Source of the DNA: a virus
DNA length: 64,000 nt
Reading direction: 5' to 3' (one strand)
IMG/VR virus record: IMGVR_UViG_3300045988_147330
Span: 32,001 to 96,000 of that record
Below are positions 34,925 through 41,953 of the stretch, in pieces; the stretch's first letter is position 1, and every line of letters begins with the position of its first letter. The position numbers and the translations under genes are program-made. The notes beneath the pieces were generated by a model. The model was not told where the DNA came from and searched no databases. It worked only from the letters and a program-made list of their open reading frames with translations.

Positions 34925-35335
34925 TTATTTTAACTTCTTTTTACAACAATCGCAAATTTCTTCTTTTATAGGTTTTGTAAATAAAGCACCTACATACCCT
35001 GCAAGGTATCCAGCTTCTTCTGATGAAGGCTTTATGCCGTAATAATCAATTATATGACCAATCATGTGTTGTTTCTCATGTTCTAGGGTATTCATAAACT
35101 CTTCATCAGATGTACTATGACTGATAATCATTACAGTGCACTTATCATTTGAATATGTAACACCATAATTATACTTCTCAGTCTTTATCTTATCCGTTAT
35201 TCTGTTCAATAAATGAAAAGGACAGCCAATATATTCTAACCTGTATATTACTCTTAAGTAAGAGTGTTTGTCTACAGAATAGAACACATCAACTGTCCAA
35301 TCATATTCTTCGATGTATAGTCTTTGTCGTACCAT
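34925..35335 (-). CDS. HExxH metallopeptidase-like protein
   Basis: LEHEKQHMIGH; ATG at 35335 avoids overlap with the upstream gene. Confidence 0.55.
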   Translation of the reverse strand: MVRQRLYIEEYDWTVDVFYSVDKHSYLRVIYRLEYIGCPFHLLNRITDKIKTEKYNYGVTYSNDKCTVMIISHSTSDEEFMNTLEHEKQHMIGHIIDYYGIKPSSEEAGYLAGYVGALFTKPIKEEICDCCKKKLK

Positions 35336-35340
35336 AACAA

Positions 35341-35748
35341 TTAAATATAATCTTCCCAGGAAAACGGAGTTCCACAAGCTATACATTTAGCATAATACTC
35401 ATCTAGAGCACGTGTAGGGCTTCCGTCAACATCATCAAGATAATCTTTCACAAACATACAAGCGTATTGTTCGTTGACTATAGACGAACCCATATAATCG
35501 GCACGTACCATATTCAACACATAAACCTTGTTGTATTCTACATCATTCTTCAATTCAACATTGAATTGTTTCATCAATGCTTCTACTTGATCCTTGTCAT
35601 ACGGGTGTAACTTGTTTCCGTTTCTATCTTTCATCTTTGAAACGGCATATTCACATAATTTCTTTGAGAAGTTCCATCCGTGTTCTGCAAGATATTTTTC
35701 CATCCCAGAAGGAAGTTTCTCATATACATCTAATCTTGTTCTTTCCAT
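35341..35748 (-). CDS. hypothetical protein
   Basis: ORF in the minus-strand late array. Confidence 0.55.
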   Translation of the reverse strand: MERTRLDVYEKLPSGMEKYLAEHGWNFSKKLCEYAVSKMKDRNGNKLHPYDKDQVEALMKQFNVELKNDVEYNKVYVLNMVRADYMGSSIVNEQYACMFVKDYLDDVDGSPTRALDEYYAKCIACGTPFSWEDYI

Positions 35749-35809
35749 AGCTCTTGTTTTTAAAGAAAAACAGCCCGTAGTAAACCACTACGGGCTTAAA
35801 TCAATTGAA

Positions 35810-36049
35810 TTAGCGTCTACGTCTAGCGTAGGGACCAGTACCTTTGACTCCACGTCTTTCTCCGTATTCATCATCATCGTCCCAAATGCGCCCATCATCG
35901 TCCATTCTTCTACGCATTCCACGTTCACCATAACGGCCATCCATTTCTTCCATAGCGTCACGATAACCTTCTTTATACGCTTTTTCTAATTCGCGGTCCA
36001 TATCTTCGCCTTCAAAGCTACGGCCCATTCCATATACTTTCCAACCCAT
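35810..36049 (-). CDS. highly charged Arg/Asp/Glu/Gly-rich protein
   Basis: Low-complexity 79-aa ORF ending RRRR. Confidence 0.5.
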   Translation of the reverse strand: MGWKVYGMGRSFEGEDMDRELEKAYKEGYRDAMEEMDGRYGERGMRRRMDDDGRIWDDDDEYGERRGVKGTGPYARRRR

Positions 36050-36054
36050 AGTTA

Positions 36055-36612
36055 TTATTTTTTATTGTTGTTGTTGTTATTGTTGTTGTTGTTTGTATGT
36101 TGCACATCTGGCAATTTGATACCCGAAGCAGCAAGTTGAGCAAGTATATCCCTTATCTGAGACAATTCACCTTTAAGCTCTTTCATTTCCTTATCTTGTT
36201 GAGCTTTTTCCGCAAATGCAGGATTTAATGCGGTAAGCATTTCATCACAGCTTTTGATTACTTTTTGATGATATTCTACAGATTCTACTACTCGCATACT
36301 GCTCACTTTCATAGCTTCTATCTCAGCATTGATAGCATCTTTGCTTTCTGATACAACTACGTTTCCTCCTACTTGGGAAAAGTCTGCTATGCTAAGATTG
36401 GCTGGTAACTTTTGAAAATCAAGAGTATCATCGCCAACTTTTACTTTCACATCCACAACCATTTCATTTTGTGGAAGAGGATATGATGCATATCCATTTT
36501 GATATTTAGGGACAGGATTTGAAACACTTATCACAGTACCCACATCGCATCTTGGGTTTTCCCCTTTATGTAATATGAAAAACTGCTGTCCTTGTCGTAT
36601 TGATTGAAACAT
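36055..36612 (-). CDS. hypothetical protein with C-terminal Asn11 tract
   Basis: Ends HTNNNNNNNNNNNKK. Confidence 0.55.
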   Translation of the reverse strand: MFQSIRQGQQFFILHKGENPRCDVGTVISVSNPVPKYQNGYASYPLPQNEMVVDVKVKVGDDTLDFQKLPANLSIADFSQVGGNVVVSESKDAINAEIEAMKVSSMRVVESVEYHQKVIKSCDEMLTALNPAFAEKAQQDKEMKELKGELSQIRDILAQLAASGIKLPDVQHTNNNNNNNNNNKK

Positions 36613-36633
36613 ACTTATTCTAACTTTTTAATA

Positions 36634-37083
36634 TCATTTTACAGTGCTTCTAGCCTGTGCGGCAGTAGCAGGTGCAACGATATGATTAACTACTTGAAAT
36701 ATCCCATTACATTTGTCGTAATAGACAAAGTATTTATTGCCTTGTGAAATTTCACTAGACGGAATCTGATCTCCCGAACCGTTTACCAAAGGAACCTTGC
36801 TTGTGGATGTTGATGTGGTATTTGTCAGTGTGGTAGCCACAGAAACAAGGTAAGCGTCAGATCCGGCAGCAGGAACATGGTTTACACTCAGAAGTAAGAT
36901 ACCTTGATTAGGTAATCGTCTGAACAGACATGGACTAATACCGTATATAACTTCGGAATTTGTTGTATCTGTTGTAACAGAAGAAGTTCTTATAAAAGGT
37001 ATCCCTCCAAAGTCTAGCCTATGTACTCCTCTGAAACGGTTAGCAGTATAGCCAGCCATATAAGGATTAAAAAAATAACTCAT
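36634..37083 (-). CDS. hypothetical virion-module protein
   Basis: ORF in the late array. Confidence 0.55.
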   Translation of the reverse strand: MSYFFNPYMAGYTANRFRGVHRLDFGGIPFIRTSSVTTDTTNSEVIYGISPCLFRRLPNQGILLLSVNHVPAAGSDAYLVSVATTLTNTTSTSTSKVPLVNGSGDQIPSSEISQGNKYFVYYDKCNGIFQVVNHIVAPATAAQARSTVK

Positions 37084-37110
37084 AACTTTTCCCTTTCTTT
37101 AAAATTTTAA

Positions 37111-37118
37111 TATATTTG
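37111..37118 (+). promoter_or_regulatory. Bacteroidota-type -7 box (TATATTTG)
   Basis: Exact TAnnTTTG upstream of the plus-strand HNH gene. Confidence 0.45.
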
Positions 37119-37210
37119 CATCGGGATAGACAAGAGTTGCAAACTTGTTGATAAGGGTTTTCCGAGCCTTTCCCATTCTTTAATCTCGGAATCATTTAAT
37201 TCGGAAATCA

Positions 37211-37870
37211 ATGAATACAAGAAAAAGAGAAATTCCTTCATTAGAAGGAGAAGTATGGAAAGACATAAAAGGATTTGAATCAATTTATTCAATTTCTAAT
37301 TTCGGAAGAGTATATTTACATGGACGATATGTTTTTGCAGGAAAAAAAATTGGTAAAAGATGGCAACCACCACAATTTATGACACCTCAAGTAAATCAAA
37401 GTGGATATTTAAATCTATTTTTACGAGATAATGGAAAAATAGAAAGAAAATATATTCATAGATTAGTAGCAGAGCATTTTATACCAAATATTTATAATTA
37501 TCCATGTGTAGACCATAAAGATACAAACACTAAAAACAATCATGTATCAAATCTTAGATTCTGTACACATAAAATGAATTCAAACAATCCAAATACTCTA
37601 AATAAGATGTCTAAATCTCATAAAAAAAGGGTATTTGAAAAAAGAATGCGTCATTCATCTGTTGTTGGAATTAATATTAATGATTATAATGATGTCAGAA
37701 CATATTTTTCAATGACAGATGCTAAAAATGATGGATTTAATCCAAATGGTATTAGTAAATGTTGTTTGAAAAGAATAAATCAACATCATGGATTTAAATG
37801 GATGTATCTAAATGAATACGAAACCCTTATCAATAAGTCAAAGAACAAATCTTCCAATGCAGAGATTTAA
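37211..37870 (+). CDS. free-standing HNH homing endonuclease (NUMOD4 + HNH_3-like)
   Basis: GEVWKDIKGFESIYSISNFGRVY; VDHKDTNTKNNHVSNLRFCTHKMN; NUMOD1-like C-terminus. Confidence 0.75.
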   Translation: MNTRKREIPSLEGEVWKDIKGFESIYSISNFGRVYLHGRYVFAGKKIGKRWQPPQFMTPQVNQSGYLNLFLRDNGKIERKYIHRLVAEHFIPNIYNYPCVDHKDTNTKNNHVSNLRFCTHKMNSNNPNTLNKMSKSHKKRVFEKRMRHSSVVGININDYNDVRTYFSMTDAKNDGFNPNGISKCCLKRINQHHGFKWMYLNEYETLINKSKNKSSNAEI

Positions 37871-38749
37871 TTAGCAACCACAACCATTGTTGCATCCATA
37901 TCCATAAGCATAACCATCATTCAAGCCACCTTGACAACCAAACGGGTTGCAGGTTAAATAGGCTGGAACTGGACATGGACGAAGCTGATTAACAAGATTC
38001 TGCGTCTGTTGCTGCGTTAAAGCTGACATCTGATAACCTTGTTTTTCATCGCGTAACTGCTGAATTTCACGTTGCATTTCACGCATTTCAAGCTGACAGA
38101 ACTTGTCATTTATAATTTGCGTTTGAGCATCAATCTTTGCCCCCAAGATGTTGAACTGAGTGTTTGCATTGCTAGTCAGAGTGTTGGTCTGCTCTACAGT
38201 AGCCAATCGGCTATCGCATCCTTGACGTTCGATAGCGGTACGGATATCACAGCAGCAAGAAGCAAGCTGAGAACCTATAGCTGCGCTATTGGACTGAATT
38301 GAATTGATGATCTGTTGAGAAGAAAGACCTACCTGATTACCAACTTGCTGAATCTGTCCTTGAATCTGGCAGATAGCATTTTGCAACTGTTGAGTAGAGC
38401 AACTCAAAGAGCTAGCCAACTGATTGATAGCTGATCCGTTTCCTTGAATAGCATTCATCAACAACTCACGTCCTGCATCATTATTCAATTGAGCAGGTAT
38501 ACCATTTGCTCCGTTGCCAAATCCATTTCCGAATCCGTTACCACCCCACAGGAAGAATAGCAGGATAATCCAGATCCAATAGCAACCAGCACCACCCCAA
38601 GCATCTTGATTTTTGTTTCCATTCATCAAGGCTGCTACAAGATTGGGGTCTAATCCCTTGTTCTGCAACAATGCAGGTATCATTGACATAAGTCCTGCAC
38701 TTTCTCCAGCAGCAGGATTGTCGAACATAAAAATTTTGTCTGAACCCAT
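37871..38749 (-). CDS. membrane-anchored Gln-rich coiled-coil protein with Gly/Cys-rich C-terminus
   Basis: TM segment CYWIWIILLFFLWGG, GNGFGNGFGNG, long Q/N-rich heptad region, ends GYAYGYGCNNGCGC; ATG at 38749. Confidence 0.6.
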   Translation of the reverse strand: MGSDKIFMFDNPAAGESAGLMSMIPALLQNKGLDPNLVAALMNGNKNQDAWGGAGCYWIWIILLFFLWGGNGFGNGFGNGANGIPAQLNNDAGRELLMNAIQGNGSAINQLASSLSCSTQQLQNAICQIQGQIQQVGNQVGLSSQQIINSIQSNSAAIGSQLASCCCDIRTAIERQGCDSRLATVEQTNTLTSNANTQFNILGAKIDAQTQIINDKFCQLEMREMQREIQQLRDEKQGYQMSALTQQQTQNLVNQLRPCPVPAYLTCNPFGCQGGLNDGYAYGYGCNNGCGC

Positions 38750-38973
38750 AATATTGTAATTTAATGTGTGTGTATTATAACTCCCGTAAAGACTGTGCAC
38801 TCATCTTTACGAATGTAAATTTACAACATGGATTGCCTAAACAAAAATAAAAATTTCAAAGCGTAACTTATTGTGTTTCAGATAGTTTAAACTTGTTAAA
38901 GTAAGTTATTTCCTTGTGGAATATTTTTTCTATTTGTATATTAGCGCAATAATTTAAAAAATGAGGATTTTTT

Positions 38974-39192
38974 ATGAAAGAATTTAAAAGATGGAACAAC
39001 AAGCCTATAAAGATTACGTATTTAATACCTAGTGGGAATAAATATTCTTATATAAAATTAGGTGATATTGTAGATCTAACAGATGGTACATATAAAATAA
39101 CCGCCTTGGATAATGAAGAAAACATTTTCCAGGCGGTTAATATGGATAATAAAGATGATTGTGTGATTATGTATGCGTATGAGGTAGTCTAG
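38974..39192 (+). CDS. hypothetical protein (plus-strand insert in the late arm)
   Basis: Only ORF in this interval. Confidence 0.45.
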   Translation: MKEFKRWNNKPIKITYLIPSGNKYSYIKLGDIVDLTDGTYKITALDNEENIFQAVNMDNKDDCVIMYAYEVV

Positions 39193-39557
39193 TTTTTAGT
39201 TTTATATTTTCCTCTTGGCTTTTTTGGACGGACAAGCCCGTTATTCTTGAGAGCATCTAATGAATCTTTCAAATAAACGGGTTTTGTAATTCCTTGTACC
39301 CTTACCGGAGACAATAATGGTGTTACAGGATGAAATTTAGTACCCTTATATGTTATTCGTGCAAATTCAGTATCACTTATATCAAGATATTTAATAGCAT
39401 TTTCTCTATCAAAATAGGATGGTATTATGGTAGACTTGTTTATTGCATCTGTTAGAAAATTGAACTGCTCAGCATTTACATTTGAATTTCCGCTTTTCAA
39501 TGCTAAAGAAATTCCATCAAGCAGAGATGCTAATATTGTATTGTAATTTGTTCCCAT
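39189..39557 (-). CDS. hypothetical protein
   Basis: ORF downstream of the RT operon. Confidence 0.5.
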   Translation of the reverse strand: MGTNYNTILASLLDGISLALKSGNSNVNAEQFNFLTDAINKSTIIPSYFDRENAIKYLDISDTEFARITYKGTKFHPVTPLLSPVRVQGITKPVYLKDSLDALKNNGLVRPKKPRGKYKTKN

Positions 39558-39562
39558 TGTTA

Positions 39563-39895
39563 TTACTCTATAGATGATATATTTGCTGAACCATCAACAT
39601 AAATGATATCTCCTGGCGTTACCGAGAAGTATTCTACTGTTCCTTGAGGAAGAAGCATTGATGAATTTTCCAACGCTCTACTTGAACGGGATTTAAATTC
39701 TTCTTTATATAGACTAATTCTACATCCTTCCATAGTAGCTATTCTTACAAGATTAGATGTAGCTGTATACATATTATCTGCAATATCACTTGCAAGTGAT
39801 ATTCTTGCGGCTACAATACCTTTCAATGCTTCATCTTTTGAAGCGTTTGTTTGAGAAAAATATCCTCCTATTTGTTGTCTATCATAGTTCTCCAT
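39563..39895 (-). CDS. hypothetical protein
   Basis: ORF in array. Confidence 0.5.
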   Translation of the reverse strand: MENYDRQQIGGYFSQTNASKDEALKGIVAARISLASDIADNMYTATSNLVRIATMEGCRISLYKEEFKSRSSRALENSSMLLPQGTVEYFSVTPGDIIYVDGSANISSIE

Positions 39896-40238
39896 AGCCT
39901 TTTATAAATGATTTTTTTACACTTTCTGCAAATTCGTTTAATTTTACATAATCTGCGTCTAATTTATTTAATATACCTTTTCTTAGAGCAGCTTCTTCTT
40001 CACCATTAGGAAACTCGTCCTTTATAGCAGCATTTACAGTTTTGTCGTATGATACAGGGTTTTTCACACGCTGTACATCAGCTACCCATTTCTTTACAAA
40101 TTTTCCTTGTACGGGTTCACCAACACTGTCAATATATGGTTCGTCAACCTGTTTTATATTTAAATGTACGTTACTGTACCCTGTCCCTAAATCCAAGATG
40201 AAGGGAGGTTTTTCGTCAAAAATCAATCCTCTTTCCAT
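39882..40238 (-). CDS. hypothetical protein
   Basis: Begins 4 nt after the RT stop. Confidence 0.5.
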   Translation of the reverse strand: MERGLIFDEKPPFILDLGTGYSNVHLNIKQVDEPYIDSVGEPVQGKFVKKWVADVQRVKNPVSYDKTVNAAIKDEFPNGEEEAALRKGILNKLDADYVKLNEFAESVKKSFIKGYGEL

Positions 40239-40241
40239 ATT

Positions 40242-41564
40242 TTAAATATCTAATGTGCCATCAAAATAATAACCTCTATTAAATTTTATAACAACATCTT
40301 CCAATGGGAGAAGGCTTCTGTCAACTTGTGAAAGAAATATACCTATGGATTCATATCCACCTTTTACAAAGCATTTTTCTCCTTTAAACAATATTTGCAT
40401 TCTTACCCATGTGCTATTGTCTTTTTTAGTAGATGGTCTTACATCAAAATCAAGAATATCTATATATTCGTCAACGAGTTTGTCTATTTTTACATCTTTC
40501 CCATCAAACCTTCTTGATACTTTTATTCCTAAATCGCCAATTTTTGTCATGTGGCTATTATTTTTAGTTAAAATTTTATTAATCAAATTTCTAGAATCAC
40601 AGTGCATCAACATTCCCATATAACTTGACACGGAGTTTGGATTGTTTCGTTTTAATGCAAAGTTTTTCTTTATTCTTTTTCTTATTTTAGTATGTCCTGG
40701 CATGAAAACAAATCCACCGAAATCTATTCCTTCTGATACAGGAAATATTCTGTAATTTTTCTTCATTTCCAGTTTCTTTTCATACCAAAGATAATTTCTT
40801 ATTCTCCATAACCATTCATGCAACTGTTTTTTATCATGGGACAGTATTACCATATCATCAGCAAACCTAAAATAATGTTTTACTTTAAACTGCTCCTTTA
40901 TGACGTGATCTAACGATCTCAACACTAAATGGCTTCCTATCTGTGCATCAGGATTTCCAATAGCTAAACCCTTGTTGCTGTAATTAAGCGTATTCATAAG
41001 CCATAATGCATCCCTATCTTTCAGGTCTTTACTATACGCTTTTTTATAAACACTATGTCTTACAGAAGGATAAAACTTCTTAATGTCCATTTTTAAGACA
41101 TATATTTTCCCGTTTTTGTCCATTTCAAGCAACGTTCGCTTCATCTTCTTTACTAGAGAATGTTTCTTAACTTTGCTTGTAATACCTCTTTTGGGCAAAC
41201 AGTTGTACGAATCAAGTGTAAGACTTTTCGTCCATCTATCCATCATTGGTATCAAAAGACTATGTTGGATAATCCTGTCAGGATAAAATGGTAATTTATG
41301 TATCTCCCTTGTTTTTCCTGCATCAGTCACTTTCTCCATTATCTCATACTCACTTACTTGGTATGATTTGTTTTTGAGCATTTGATAAACATTTTGATGG
41401 TATTCATCCTTATGTTTCTCATAATCTCTGACTCCCCTATGATTCCTTTTGCCTTTTTTCGCTTTTTTAGCAGCAGATATTATATTATCCATGCTGCATA
41501 TTGTTTCAAAAATATTATTTACTCTTTTCATTTTTTCGTGCTTTTTCTTTGTCCGTTGAGCCAA
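40242..41564 (-). CDS. DGR reverse transcriptase with about 100-aa C-terminal extension
   Basis: NLISAAKKAKKGKR, DRIIQHSL, LKMDIKKFYPSV, GLAIGNPDAQIGSH, RFADDMVIL; adjacent TR/VR pair. Confidence 0.85.
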   Translation of the reverse strand: MAQRTKKKHEKMKRVNNIFETICSMDNIISAAKKAKKGKRNHRGVRDYEKHKDEYHQNVYQMLKNKSYQVSEYEIMEKVTDAGKTREIHKLPFYPDRIIQHSLLIPMMDRWTKSLTLDSYNCLPKRGITSKVKKHSLVKKMKRTLLEMDKNGKIYVLKMDIKKFYPSVRHSVYKKAYSKDLKDRDALWLMNTLNYSNKGLAIGNPDAQIGSHLVLRSLDHVIKEQFKVKHYFRFADDMVILSHDKKQLHEWLWRIRNYLWYEKKLEMKKNYRIFPVSEGIDFGGFVFMPGHTKIRKRIKKNFALKRNNPNSVSSYMGMLMHCDSRNLINKILTKNNSHMTKIGDLGIKVSRRFDGKDVKIDKLVDEYIDILDFDVRPSTKKDNSTWVRMQILFKGEKCFVKGGYESIGIFLSQVDRSLLPLEDVVIKFNRGYYFDGTLDI

Positions 41565-41692
41565 AGCTAACTAACTTTCCATACACCTACAAATGTGTAT
41601 GTACTAATAAGTTCCCATTCTCTAATAATGGGATGTCTTGTCATTTTTCGTCTTCCTGACGAGGCTTCTGTATAGCAGTAATTTTTTTAAGC

Positions 41693-41802
41693 ACGTTAGC
41701 TGCCACCGATGTTCGTGTTCGCGTTCGTAGGGGCATTGTTCGCATTACCATACCGCAAAGAACAATTGTCGTTGTTCGACTGACCACCAAAGTAAACACC
41801 AC
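41693..41802 (-). repeat. DGR template repeat (TR)
   Basis: 110 bp aligned to 41975-42084; the coding-sense copy carries AAC/AAT codons and an in-frame TAA. Confidence 0.85.
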
Positions 41803-41888
41803 CAATCTACAGACCGCCTTTTTTCAACTAACCGCCTTTGACAGACTTATTTCACTTTGCTGACGCATTTGGTTAGATTTTTATTATG

Positions 41889-41896
41889 CAAACTTA
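41889..41896 (-). promoter_or_regulatory. Bacteroidota-type -7 box (TAAGTTTG on minus strand) upstream of TR
   Basis: Exact TAnnTTTG about 85 nt upstream of the TR 5' end. Confidence 0.45.
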
Positions 41897-41953
41897 AACA
41901 TTATTAATATAATTTGCAAGTTTTGGGATGAGGATTTTTCACTTCGTGAAAAA

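Noticed and set aside
35594-35989. 131-aa plus-strand ORF overlapping two minus-strand late genes
   Set aside because: It is antisense to the better-supported genes 35341-35748 and 35810-36049.
39882-40238. 118-aa ORF directly downstream of the RT as a candidate Avd
   Set aside because: The sequence is not basic or helical-bundle-like. The N-terminal half looks beta-rich (FILDLGTGYSNVHLNIKQV), and there is no resemblance to Avd patterns I know.
41905-41915. Plus-strand promoter-like word ataatttgc between the DGR target and the TR
   Set aside because: It is not an exact TAnnTTTG (one spacer base short) and points into a minus-strand region with no plus-strand ORF.
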